From NCBI GenBank assembly GCA_905178155.1, contig CAJINV010000006.1, positions 1,964,230-2,028,229 of the forward strand: DNA of 64,000 bases. Direction: 5' to 3'. Origin of the DNA: Amoebophrya sp. A120. Taxonomy: Eukaryota; Protista; Dinoflagellata. Both the position numbers and the translations under genes were made by a program. Under the pieces are notes generated by a model, which was given only the letters and a program-made list of their open reading frames with translations, had not been told where the DNA came from and did not search any database. This document shows, in pieces, positions 13,753-27,700 of this stretch. The stretch's first letter is position 1. Every line of letters starts with the position of its first letter.

Positions 13753-15772
13753 TACGACCACGCTGTGGTGTTTGTCATGAGTCAATTATTTCTGAAATGT
13801 GCAAGCATATTCACGTCGTGGTCGCGAGTGCTGCGTAGGAATTCAGCTATTCTCGGAGGACTTGACTCGACGCACTAGCGTTCCGGCGCTAAATTTCACA
13901 CTGTAGGCCACACAACGAGGACCTCCTCCCACTTAATATCTATGAAGAGTACTACCGCGGCGTGCTGGTGGTGCTTTGTTTATTTATCTACACGCACGAC
14001 ATTTATCTTTTGCTAGTGGAATGAGGAACGCACTTTCTATCCTTTTCTGCACGGTGTTTAGGCCGGAGATGAACTACCCAGAGAAAATCAACGAAGCTAT
14101 CGTCACTTTGATGTACTTATTCGCTCTTTTTTCGTAGGTAACGGCGCCTGTTTTTTTTTTTTAACGTTGAGGTGTAGTTTGAGACTTCAACAGCTTTAGC
14201 AGTACCAACAAAATGATCGTTGAAATCAACCCACACCAGAGAGAAATTAACAGAAATTAACAGCAACTAGTGCTATTACTTTCATTTGAGTTTTTTCAAT
14301 TTGCCAGACTCACAAACAACGATTACGATTCTATTTCATCCAAAATCTTCTAGGGTTTAGATTTAGTACCTTAATTTGATACATATTTATACCTAGCGTT
14401 CGTAGTCCTTCAAAAACAACAGAGAAATCCACCGCACCAATCCACCGCACCGAGCAAGACTCGTGGTTTAAGTATTTGGCGCCACGTTTCCATCTCGAAG
14501 AAATCCACTTACCTTGCTAGAAGTCCAACTGTGCTGGTGTAGAGTAAAAAAAACTGTTCCTAGCTGCGTCATGTATGGTTGTCGTGCTCTCTACGGCACG
14601 ACGAAATAGGTTGTCTTCATCCAAAAACCACTACGAAGAATCATTTTTTTTTTTATTTTGCGACGTGGCAGCCACGCCACAACAACTTAGCCGAAAGAAC
14701 CGCGCCGAATCGGAGAAAGCCGCATGATGTTGACCATGCGTTCAGCAATCCGACGAAGTAGGTGCATGTGTTTGAGCTCAAGAATAAGTGGAATTTCAGT
14801 TTCCGGTCTCAGTTCTTGCTATTCCTATTAGGCGGTGCTCGCCTTCGACAAATCCTTATCTGGGTTCAAGGCCACCATATTAATTTCTGTTTGGTCCCTG
14901 ATCCTTCCTTTCCAGATCTTTCTTGGTTTCTGATTCATTCCTGAACGATGTATTCCTATTCCTAAAAACTACGAAGAAGATCTTCTACACTTCCGAGAGT
15001 GCAAATGCGAGAGCGATGGTTTGTTTGCTTCTTTTGGGTCGGAAAACAAGGAAAGAAAGGCTAGGACTTTCGAGTCTGTCTTTTTGTTTTTGTTGAGAGA
15101 CGCACAAAAATACCTTTCTTCTTCTGAGAAACGTTCTTGAGTTTGTGTGTAAATATTCTCTTTTCGCGTTCTGAACATGATACGAATATTGTCGTTTTTG
15201 TTTTCACGACCCGGCAAGATCAACATGGCGCCACAATTTTTTGTGTATTTTGCTTTGCTCCTTTACTTGGCCCAAGCCCGTACTTCTATCTTCAACAAGC
15301 GAAGATATAATTAACTACAGGGCTTGATTGAAGAATGTAGCGCAGGAGCAGGGTGGACGTGGGTGTTACTCGTTTTTTCTTTCTCATTGATCCTCTGCCC
15401 GCAATGTTGGAGGGATAATGTTATGCTTGAGTAGAGCAGCGAACATACTGGAACGAAGCGATGAAATTATTAAGCGCGACTATAGAAAAGGAGATGATGT
15501 CTGCTCGTGGTTGCAGCTCCTCTGGTGTTTTTTTCGGCAGTTCCGCTGCTGGTAACAAGCAATGATCTTCAGGGCCCGGCGCCCCCGTTTCGCCGCGGTT
15601 GTGCGTGTAATGAAGTCGAGGAACGAAAGCGACGTGCAAGGTTTTGCACAACTACTTCGACCCCCTGCCGGGTGTACAGCTTCAACTTGCGCTGCAGCGC
15701 TCGGGCAAAGACAAACTGAAGGCTACTTTTGAACACGGCAATAGACCTATTCGTGCACAGAAGTGAGCTGCG

Positions 15773-18700
15773 ATGGGTTGTGGCGCGTCAGCGGTTCCGA
15801 TAGCGCCCGAGGGCGGCGGAGGGCAGCATGAGGAGGAAGGGGATCCTCAACCAGCTATCCTGAGTAAAAACGTACCCACACCAGAGTCAGGATGGGGATT
15901 TTGCAACACAAAGCTAGGAGCTTTGTGAGTCACGCATGACAAGTTGAGCTCTGCAGTGTAGTGCAGGTTAGCAAGTGCAGCCGCATCACAGATTCATCGG
16001 CTCATCCTGTTCACAGCATCACAAATTCCAAAACAGGATTGGAAATGGCTCTCATGGTGATGCGCATTACAAGTCTCTCTGTCTTTGCAAATCTGCATGA
16101 CAACTCTGGTGTGGGTACGTTTTTACTTAGGATACCAGCTGCACCGGCGTCAGGTATTGGAGTTTCGCCTTCGACTGTGGGCGCGACGGCGCCTTATCAA
16201 CTGCACAAATGTTGTCTGGGTCTGCTAGAAACTTGCGATGCTGTGCGGTGGGCAAGAACCGGAAAAATCACACTTAGTTCCATCAAGTGTGCCCAAGCGG
16301 GACAAGTTTTTTGCACATAATTAATTTCCAACTTTCGCATGCGTACTAGCCCGCGTGACCACAAACAAGTGTGTTTTTCATCTTTCTGCAAGGACGAGCA
16401 CGAGGAAAGGCCGCTTTTCCTTTTGTCTATCATGCCTCCAACCAGATTCTTCAGATTGACTTGCAAAACACGCAAGAAGGCCTGTGCCAGTTTTCTCGAC
16501 CCAGACCACATATTTGCGACTTGCATGCCGATGCCCCTCCGCAGAGCACGACTTGTAATCAGCCGAAATACACCGCGACCGAATTGCGCCGCATGAGCAT
16601 CAAGGACCTGAAACAAATCGGAATCGAAGAGCTGCATTTGGGCGCCGACTTTTTCCAGAAGAACCACTTCACCGAAAAAGACGAGCTGGTAAACTTTATC
16701 GCCGAGCGCGCGCCGCCTGCTGTGAGTGTCGCGGCCAATAACCACGCTGAAGATGGTGCGCAGTCTAGTACTGGTCAGAATCTCGCGGCGAGCGAGCAGG
16801 CAGGCTCGCGACAGGCAAGTACAACAGGCTTCCACCCCGTCGTGCGGAACCCACGAATCAAGCTTGCAGATTTGGTTCTACCGAAAAGAATATCAACTGT
16901 AAAAGTGTCTGGGTCTGGAAACTTGTGATGCTGGTTGGCGTATCATGAGGCGGCCACAAGTGCTGGCTTAGCATGACAAGTTTCTGAGCTTCGAGGTGTT
17001 GCCTATTCTGCATGACAAACTACGTTTCTGCATGACAAAAAAACGGGGCTCTTGGGTGACGTGCATGACAGACTTTGGGGTCATGCTGGCAGAGCATGAC
17101 AGACCTTCCATTCAGACATTTCTACAATCCATAAAGAAGACCTACTGAAACAGGAGGTGGATCTGGATCCGACTTCAACATTGCACCGCTGCTTGAACCC
17201 AAAACGTGGCTCGAGCTGTCAGTGAAAGAAGTCAAGCTCTGGCTGTCCTACTTCTCGCTTACTGCGCCGCCCTATCTGCTGGAGAAGCAGCAATTAATCG
17301 ACTTTCTCTTGGAAGAAGTTGGGGAAACTCTTCTCAGCGAAGTGTTGCAAGAGCGGCTGCGGCAAGAGATGTCTACTTCACACCAGGCCGGCGGTGGAAA
17401 CACCTCCAGTAAAATTGGCGCGCGAGGAACGGGCACCGCAGCAGCGGCCGATAAGAACAAGACGAGAAGTGGGAGTGCAACCTCTGGCCCTGTGCCTACC
17501 CAAGAAAAAAACTGTGTTCTTCGGCTGACAGCATCACAAATTTGCTCTACATGACAGAGAAAACCTGTTATGCGTGGCTGGCAAGGGAAAACACACAGGA
17601 AAAGAGGACTTCATGGTTGTCTGGCATGACAGGTGTAGCATTTTTGCATTCTCTGCATTACAGAGTTACAATTACACAGTTTTTTTCTTGCACATTACCG
17701 GGGCTGCAGTTACTCCAGTTAGAAGACATCACCGACAATACTACGCCATATGGGTGTGTCAGGAGTGAAATCGACAAAGTTGAAATAATCTGTGATGCAT
17801 AAAATGCAAGGCACTGAGTGACTGTCTTGCAGGGATTGCAAGCGAGGCTGATTGTGAGCCTGCTTCGGGTTTGGGATAGAGCTGCTAAAGCAGCATAACA
17901 AAGGATGCCTTCTTTCGATAAACAGCATGACACACTGGATTTCAGTGAGGTCGAATCTTGTCATGCGCCGCTTGGAAATTGGGCTTCCAACTGGTATCGG
18001 TTTTATGCATCACAAATTTTTCAACTTTGTCAATTTCAATCCTGACAGTTCCATACGCCATCTACCTCGGCGGGGCACAGCGGCAGGTCCGCGGGCGGAG
18101 CGGGTAGTACACCAGCTAGCACTTTTCATGCGGGCGGGGCCGCCCGGGGTCGTGGTACAGCAGCTTCTTCTAGAGGCCGCACAGCTGCGGGCGGGAAGTC
18201 TGTGCAACAGGAGCTGACCAAAGAGGAAGAGCAGCTGATTGCTGCGATTTTGGTGGTGGTGAAAAATCTGCGGCAGCAGGCTGTGCAGTGGCGGGACGTG
18301 CTCATGAAAGAATTGGAGGAAAAAGTGCCACGCTACGGGAAGTGGCAGAACCGTGACCTATGAACTGCAATACTTGGTCTGGAAGATTGCCAGGTTTGTC
18401 ATGCATATTTTGCATCATCCATGATGTCTGTAAGGCATGCCCTAGCATCACAGATTTTTAGAGGGCTTTGTGATGCATCTACCGCATGAGAAATGTTGCC
18501 CTCTCCGCGTAGCACAAACTGGAGGCCTCGTCTACTTGCTGCTCGTACAATGCAAATATTTTCCGAATCCAGAGACGGCATCACAAGTTTAGAATCCTCC
18601 AGTCCCAGACATATTTGCATTTGATAGGACAGATTGTTCTACAAGAAACGGCCAGTGTACGTAAAAGACGCGTCAGAATTGCAGAGGAGCGGCCGGATGA

Positions 18701-21700
18701 AAGGTTCCGCGCTCGAAGCGGGGGATGATTGCGAAGGTGTCGTGAAGAATGAAACCAAAATTGTCGTGGTAATCGATATGGAAACCGAGAAGGAACTGGA
18801 AGTAGGGGCTGACAAGCTGCGCCGGTTCGATGCCGACTACTTTCCGGAGCACAAAAAATTCTCGGACATCGAGGACTTTCGGAGCCAGCTGAATGAGATC
18901 GAGCAGGCCTGTGACGATGAGGAAGAAGCGCTGACCAGTATGGGGCTCTCAAACGTTACATTCTCAACTGCTACATGGATTTGTAATGCAAAACTCCGCT
19001 AAGCCGCCAAATAATCAAGCTGCCTCGCATGACAAATTTCCGAAGTACTAAACAGGAACTGCATCTGTGCCAAGACTGTAATGCGAAAGCAGCAAGCTTG
19101 CGCCGGCTGTTCTTGCTGTTCTTGCATTACAAATTCATGTGACAGTTGAGAATGTAAAGCTTGAGAACACGATAACCAGGTTTCTGGAAGTGCAAGAGAA
19201 CGACTCTGCGGGTGGTGTATCGTGAGTAGAAAAAACTGTCTCAGTCTCAAACCCCTATGCAGCAGACTCAACAAGACAAACTTGCTGCTAGCAAGAAACA
19301 AAAATTTCTGATGCGTCCGAAACACGGGATGAAAAGAACACCTATGAAAGACGACTGTCTTGCTTGAAGATCTCGTCCAGCATGACAAAAAATTGCGTCA
19401 AGGAAGTTGCGCATCACAAGTTGAGACTGAGACAGCTTTTTTCTCACCACGATAATGTGGCGTCGCGCATGACGAGTACGAGAATCTAGATCTGGAAAAA
19501 ATCGCGGAGGAGCTGGAGAAAATCTCCGCGGTGTTATCAACTGTAAAAATGTCTGGGTCTGGAAGATTGCCAGGTTTGTCATGCACATTTTGCGTGGCTC
19601 CTGATGTCTGTGATCCATGCCCTAGCATCACAGATTTTGTGAGGGCTTTCTGATGCCTATACCGCATGACAAATGCTCTCTCCGTGTAGCAAGACTTGGA
19701 CTCTATTTGCTGCTCATGCAGTACAGATTTTTTTAGAATCCAAAATCAGCATGACAAGTTGGATTCTTCCAGACCACCCAGACATTTTTACAGTTGGTAG
19801 GTGTTGGTCGGGACCGACTGGAAACCCAAGGCGCGACACAAACTGCCGAAGCACTGGGTAGAAAAAATCTCGACCCAGTACGGTGTGATATCAAGTACAA
19901 ATATGTCTGGGCCACTCAGGAAAGAATGGAATTTGTGATGCTAGCTTTCGATGATACAAAAACCTGTATTGCAAGAGCAGCAAACGGCACTCATATTTTT
20001 GCTATTCTGAGAAGGCATTTCTCATGAAGTATAGGCATGAGAGAGCCTCCACAAAACCTGTAATGCTAAACCATGCATCACCGACATCGCAGGTGCAGGT
20101 CATGTAAAATTTGCATGACAAACAACCCCAATCTTCCAGACCCAGACATAGTTGCATTTGATATGTGAGCTACTTTTACAACACGCAAACCGGAGAAACC
20201 ACCTGGCATCGCCCCGACAAGACGGACGGATCTATATCCCACGAAAAAACTATTTCACTGTGAACTTGTGATGCATGGAATGAAGCGCAAAGCTATTTGT
20301 CTTGCTACACGTGCAAGACATAGGATTTTTAAGGGTGTTTCCCCTTGGGAAGTGCGCATGGCAAATTTTCTGTGCCATGTGTAACAAACTTGTGATGCAG
20401 ATCTTGCAAAATCATCACAGTGAAACAGTTTTTTCCTGCGATAATCTAGTTCATCAGCTTCCAATGACGAAGACCAGTCCCCCGGTGCGCGAAAGAAATT
20501 CTTGGAAAAAAACAAGGCCTTCGTGGAGAAATATATGAGCGATAAAAATGTTGCGGCAACATCTGCGTCATCTGCAGGTACAAATATGACACCAGGGAAG
20601 GAAAAGAAAACTAAGCACGAGATCGACACAACTTCTGGTGGTGATCTTCCCGGTGATCAGGCAAAGCGACTCACACAAGTAGAACAGACGCCCACCCCTA
20701 ATTTTTCCAGCGGCGGGCGGGAGAGCGACAAGACATCGAAAAACACCACTCGCCTCCCACGAGAACCCTCACCCATCGAGAAATTTGCGGCCCAGGAATT
20801 TGGTGCGTCATCAAGAACCGGCGGAGCTGCAAATAAAGCGGGTGATGTAAGAACAACGTCCGGGGGTCGTGGAATTATCTCCACGCCAGGCGGCGATTCC
20901 GATTTTGACGTTTTATCGTCGTCTGACGAGGATGAAATTCTGGAAAAGACAACGACAGGTCAGCTCTTGAAGTTTGGGAGAAGTAGCACGAGTGGTCCTA
21001 CAACTGGTGGGGGAGGACTACAGGGGCCGCAAGGAGGTCTTTCTAGTGCTGCAACCAGCGGCGGAACAAGAACAGCAGTATCAAAGGCTTTTGTTAACAA
21101 CAAGGAGCAGAGCACCACGTCCTCATTGTTCGCAACTCTGGTTGTGGACAAAACAAAAATCTTTCCCTCAGGAGAAGATGACCACTCGGCGCAAGGTGGT
21201 CGCGGTAGTGCAGCTTCCAGTCTTCATGAGCAGGCCGTCGCGGCCACAGGAGCACCAGCTGCCCCAGGGGATAAAAGTAAAACCGAGCAGTATTCAACCT
21301 CTAGTACGAGTGCTTACGAAGTGAGGGCGAGTGATAAGGCACACCAGCTCGGATCAGGTAGTCATCATGACCAAAATCATCCCACCAACAGTACTAACGT
21401 GTTAGACTCAACGGGAAGGTCGGTGGCGTCGATGTCGTCTCTGCAATCGAATCACTGGGCGGAGAATATGGCGTTCTCAACGGTCACATTCTCAACTGTT
21501 ACATGAATTTGTGATGCAAGAATGGCAAAAGTGAAGGGGTGGCCTTGCATCTCTCGCATGACAGATGTGGCGGAGTAGATTCTCAGCCTCTTTGGCCCTT
21601 CGGGAGTTTTTAGTCATGCGAAGCAGCTTGACCGTGTCGAGTCTGATCGGGATTTTGCATGACGAATCATGTAACAGTAAGAGGGGCCGTCGGACCGGGA

Positions 21701-24700
21701 AATCGCTTGCTGGTTAATATGTATGTGTGACAAGCTGGCTGCGTTTTGCATTCGTGGCAGTCCAGGAAAGAAGAAGAACTGGTGAAGCGATCGGATCGAC
21801 GAGGTGCGTCAGGGGGCGTCACTCATTCATTCATTCATTCATTCATGGGAATGTAACGCTTGAGAGTCCCATAGAGAAAAGCGTGCTTCATTTCGGCTTG
21901 GGAACAACCAGCGCGGGGGGAGGGGCAGGCGGTAGCCCCGTACTAGGCACAGTAGACCACCAATCTTTCGATGCAGGAGAGAAGCTGCCCGGTCGTGGTG
22001 GACATCAAAACGTCGAAGGTATCAATACAACAAGCGGCACATCAGGTACAGCCAGCGCGGCGCACTTACAACCGCAAACGCGGTTCATCAAGAAAATTCA
22101 GCTGCAGAACCAAGCGGCCACGGTGGCGAACACGATGGCAGACTTGTTGGCCGCTTTGTCTTCGCACGGTGGCGAAGCTGGTACAGCGGGTGCGGAAGAC
22201 GAGAACCGAAAGTTCCAGATTCCCGATATAACCTGCTCAGGTGTTACAATCTCAAGCGTAACAATGGAAGTGGAAACTTGTGATGCAAAAAGTGCATCGT
22301 CTAGTCCGCTGTCATGGCATTGCGCATGACAATTTATGGAGCTCCAAACCCGATGAGAATCTGGCGATGAAATTTGTATTGCGAAAAGCGCAAAGCTCTG
22401 CATGTTCCCCATGCTCTCTATGCAAGACAAGTCCCAGATTCTATTGCAACGCTTAAGATTGAAACATCTGAGCAAGCCATCCCCGACCTCCGTGCAAACG
22501 GGTTCGCACCCACGAAGAACGCGCTGCGCAAAATTGTCAAAGGCCTCGGCAGCGGCAAAAAGCTCGCCGGGAAACCGCGGCTGCTCGTGCCGCCGGATGA
22601 GATGGAGGATGTTTTGGAGAACGACGTCGACCGGAATGATAGGAACAACACGGTGGCTGGCTACAGTTCGAAAAACGTTTCCGCCGCGGCAAATTACTCC
22701 CCCGAGGATGATACTGCGGAGACGTTGCAGCAGCTCTTCACGGAGCAAACAGCTATGTTTGAGAACATGCTGCGAGAAAAAAACAACCAGCAACACGAAA
22801 CATTGCAGGATGGCGGTGGTGGCGCGAACAACCAGAAAGGAGGCTCTACTCAGACCGAGGTAAGCTACGATCCGAGCTCGGTCGAACGGGAGGTGCAGCG
22901 CATTGTCTACGCGTGGCTCGTATCAAGTGCAAAAATATCTGGTTGATTGCAAGGTTTGTCATGCACGTTTTGCATGACCCGTGATTCCTGTGATGTATGC
23001 CCCAGCATCACAATTTTTTTGCGGGCATCTTGATGCCTATCCCGCATGAGAAATGCCCTCTCCGCGCCGGAGCTAAAACTCGACGCCTCGTCTTGCTGCT
23101 CATGCAATACAGATTTTCTTAGGTTCCAAAAATAGCATCACAAGTTGCATTCTTCCAGACCACCCAGACATTTTTGCAATCCATAGTTCGGCAAACTCGG
23201 AGACTTTTTCGAGCACGAAAACGAAGCTCACGCAGCCATCGCGGATGGAGGCCAGGGAACCCTCTGGTCGTTTGACCAAATTCATTCGCCCGAGATTCTG
23301 CGTGACTGCGCGCCCCCGTTTGTGGGAATTTTTATCCCACGAAAAAAGTGCTACAGTTACACATTTGTTGTCCATTCAGCAACACAAATTTCTCTGCATG
23401 AGAGAGAAAACTTGCACTGCAGAAATCCTACGGGAAAGCACGTATGAAATAAGGTTTGAGCAGAGCATTTCTGCAACACAATGTGTAACTGTAACACTTT
23501 TTTCTTGCGATAATTTTCAAGTTGGTGCTGTTAGCCGGCGGAGGTGCTGGAGGGGGTAGTTCTTCCTCTGGTGCGAAGGTTCCGGCTGGAAACAAAGCAG
23601 CAGCTACTGGCAGCTCCACTACAACTTCCGGGGGCGTAGGAGAAGTGGTTCAAAATCAGAATAGCGACAAAAAATCGTCAATCTCCGCTCCAACTCCAGC
23701 GGCAACAGGTAAGGGCTTCCGGCTGTCGTTTTTCGGGGAAGTTTCGCACCTAAGATAACAACATGGCGCGAGCCTCCGAGAGGTGCTTGGGCGCAGAGCC
23801 CCTTCCCCCAAAAGTGGCAATTTGTAATGCGCGTTTCGCATTACAAATGGCCTTCTTTTATGACCCGTCTTGGGCTCGCTCTCCGGGCCAGGTCACAAAT
23901 CTGAGCCCCTGGATCAGCAGAATGCCGTGCTGTGAGGGTTCAGATTTTTGATGCAAAACGTGGCTCCGCCAAAAAACTCTGCACCTCGGCAACGAGGTCG
24001 CCAAGTGGAGGTGCAGAGTTTTTTGGCGCGAGGGGAGGAAAGTGGGGCAGATAGCTCGTGTTTGTCTGCGCCGCCAAAAAACTCTGCACCTCCGAAATTG
24101 GCCTCCAGATGAGGTGTCCTCGGACACCTCTTCGGAGCCCTCCCGAGTCGCGGACCTCCGGGGCGACAAATTTTGGCCGCACTTTTCGCATTGCCCCGAC
24201 CTGAATCGAGCTCAATTTGCAGGCAGAAGCCTGCAATTTGAGCTCATCCCCGAAGCGACCTCCTCCGAGGCCGCGAGGTTTGAACCAAAAGTGAGCCTCT
24301 GCTTCAGCAAATTCAACTCATTCCCAAACAAGACACGCACTAGGTAAATCGTCAGGAATCAGGAGGGAGTGTGGGAATTTGAAGACCTACAACTGCGAAC
24401 CCGGGTGGACGACGTCCACCGATAGCGAAACACCGAGTCCCCCGGTGGCTGAGCTGTCTCCTCTGCTTCGTCCGCCGAGGCCTTGCCGGAATACCTGGCC
24501 TGCCCATTTCCTTGATTTCGTTTCATTGTGAAAAAAAATAAACACACAAGAAGGTGCCCGAAAATGTAGGATGCAAAAATTTTGATTTTTTTAGCTGCAG
24601 ACGTTTTTCAGTTTAGTATCAAAATCAAAATAGCGACAAAAAATCGTCAATCTCCGCTCCAACTCTCCGCTCCAACTCCGCTCCAACTCCAGAGTTTGCA

Positions 24701-27700
24701 TTTTCCCGGACCTGCCAAGACGGCAGCTCCGTCGCGCCTGCAAGAGCCGCCCTTGCCTTTTCTGGCTTCGGGCCGGCGGCCGGGGGAATGGGCGGAAAGG
24801 GGCCACATATTTGGCCTCGAAAAGATGGCCGCATCCGGATGTCAGACCTGGCCTTCGAGCCCCCAGATCCATCTGGGAGCAGGTCTGAGAAACGAGCCAT
24901 AGAAAAGTCGCTCTTTATCCACCAAATCCACCAATTCCAGACTCGTCGTTGACGAGCATGGTGGAGACACGCTTCCGCGCCCTCATGGCGCTGGCTGACT
25001 GGGCCGCACCGAATGGGGAGGTAGCTCTCGCCGTCCTCAAAAATGTCCGGGATTGTGATGGTGGTACTCGGTTGTCGGTGCTCACAACCTGCAAGCGTCT
25101 CAACCTGCAAGCGTCTTGCCAGATCTTTCCTGTTAGCTAGGTAAATCATCACAAGTGGCCACCAGTTACCTTCTGACATTCATCATTCCAAATCAATCAA
25201 AACACTACTCAGGTCTTACCTTGCCGGCGAGAAAAAAAATGAAAAAATAATGCTGCTTTTTTGTAAAAAAAGTCGTATTTTTGGGTCGAAAAACGGCGCT
25301 TTTGTGATAGTGATAGTTTTTTTCGGCGCGATATAACAAGTCGTCAATCTCCGCTCCAACTCCAGCGGCTGGTCGCGGTTGGTTCACAGTGTGGCTGCGT
25401 GCTGTTTTATTTGCAAACGCCACTCATCCCCTTTTTCGGAAAACACGCACTAACAGGGGGCGGGGAGCAAAGGCCGCGCAACGCATTCGGTCGGGCTGCT
25501 TTCAGAAAGGTCCTGCTATGGCACTGAAGCGGAGGAAGCCTTCCTGCGCCCGAACGGGACATCGGACGCAGTAAAGTACTAACCTCCACAAAGCAGAGCA
25601 CTAATCGCCACACACTAAGGGAGTTCATCTCGGACGTTTGGCAGGGGCCTGGAAGTTGTGCCTATTCCGACGAACTTTTGCGCGGGCCCCAAAGTTGCCC
25701 ACTTTTTGGTATTCTTGAGATTTTAGATGCACCTGAGTCGGTCGATTTGGCCAAAATCAAGGGGCCCCAAAAGGCGGGCCGGGCGTTGGCCACTTGGCGA
25801 CCCCTTTTCTGGTATTCTTGAGATTTTAGATGCACCTGAGTCGGTCGATTTGGCTGATCGGATGGGGGTGCGAAACGAGCCCCAAACCAAGACACCTCCC
25901 CGAAAACCCCTCTTCGGGGAGGTGTCTTGGGCGGACCCCCTTGTTGGTATTCTTGAGATTTTAGATGCACCTGATTCCCTCGATTTGGCACTAATCTAAA
26001 ATCTCAAGAATACGGATTTAGGGACCCCCTTTGGGAGGTCCCCCTTGTTGGTATTCTTGAGATTTTAGATAACGGCCAGGCTGGTGTCTCATTGTTGTAA
26101 AGCGCAGAAGCTAAATGCTACCTGTGTCGGAGGCCTTTTCTATATCTTTGTGGGGCCACTCCTTCATGAGCTGTATTTCAGCAGCCTCGGGTCCTATATT
26201 TCATTCAGCAGCCCCTGTAGACCTACAAGAAAGTAGAGCGCCAAAGCCGGCGCCTAAGTAAGTCTGTTTTTTGCGAATGATGAAGGCTCTTCATGTTAAA
26301 AAGACTGGCTCGCCTGCGGAATCGACGGGGTGCTCCGCTTTCTGGACCGACAGGGCCTGCTGGTGTGCCCTGCCGCCGCTCGGCCTTCCAGCAATCCTGC
26401 CCTCGAACCAGCAACCGGGCGCCCGCCCCTGGGATTGCTCAAGGGCCAGTGATGATTTTTTTGTTGAAATTCTTATTCTTGAACTTTTCCCGTTAGTATC
26501 AAAATGGTAACAAGTCGTCAATCTCCGCTCCAACTCCAGCGGCCGTCCTGAAAGCAAGCACGTGGCGCGCGCAGCAAGCCGTTACGGAACTGATTGAGGG
26601 CATTTTCGAGAATTTTCAGTCCCCGCAGAGCCAGCACCTGCTTGGGATCCAGCAAGTGCAGCAGGCGAGTGCGTCCGGCGTTTCGCAGCTGCCGAATATC
26701 TATCCTGTGCAAAAGTATCGTACTCGTATTGCAATCATGCATTACTTAAGGCAAATCCGCATTACAAATTTTATTCCTCATGCTGAGGAAATTTGTGATG
26801 CATTTATACGAGTACGATACTTCTGCAATGCATAATATCAAGACAGTGTTGAAGATGGTGTTGCTGTATGCAATACAAATTTCCCGTACATGTACAGAAT
26901 GCATCACAAACTTCACCAGTCTAGAGGGTAAAAATTGTCATGCTAAACTAGGATCGAAGCCAAGTTTTGTCATGCAGAAACCGCACTTCTACGTCGTCGT
27001 GTGTGGGAAATTTACTGTGGATATGCTGGCCATCTCGCGCATTCTCACGATGCGAGAGTATCGCAAGAAAAAACTGCTTCACTGTGAACTTGTGATGCAG
27101 AGAATGGAGCACAGCGCGGTTTGTCTTGCTACACCTGCAAGACGTTGGATTTTTTTGCGCGTTTTCCCTTGAAAAGCGCACATGGCAAATTTTCTGTGTC
27201 ATGTGTAACAAACTTGTGATGCAGATCTTGCAAGATCATCACAGTGAAACAGTTTTTTCGTGGGATAGAGAGAAAAACAACCTGATTAAAAAGCAGCTGA
27301 AGGCGTTCCACAGGGTGTACAGTGTGAAACAGCTGAAGCACAGCTATGGTGTGATATGAGAGTGCACAACTCCACCCCGCCCTCCTACTCATTTGCATGG
27401 AATGAACGGCAATAGATATGATACAAGCATCAGCAAGAGTGCCGGTTTTCCATGACAAATTTACAGCGGATTTTAGTTGTATTTGGGCTTTCAGAACTTG
27501 TCATGCAAACAGTGCCATAAGACAGCGACTGGGTTCGCGGTTCTGCATGACAAATGAGGCGGGGGAGGGGGGGACCGTGCACTGTTATAAGTGATCACGT
27601 CTTGCGAAAAACTGCTTTATCAAACAAAAAAGCGTTGACGTAAATGGTTTTCACAGAGTGGTGCAACTGCAAATATGCATGGGGAATTTTGCTTCGCATG

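Noticed and set aside
14424-14450. AATCCACCGC motif twice here and once at ~53808
   Set aside because: Too short and too few occurrences to call regulatory.
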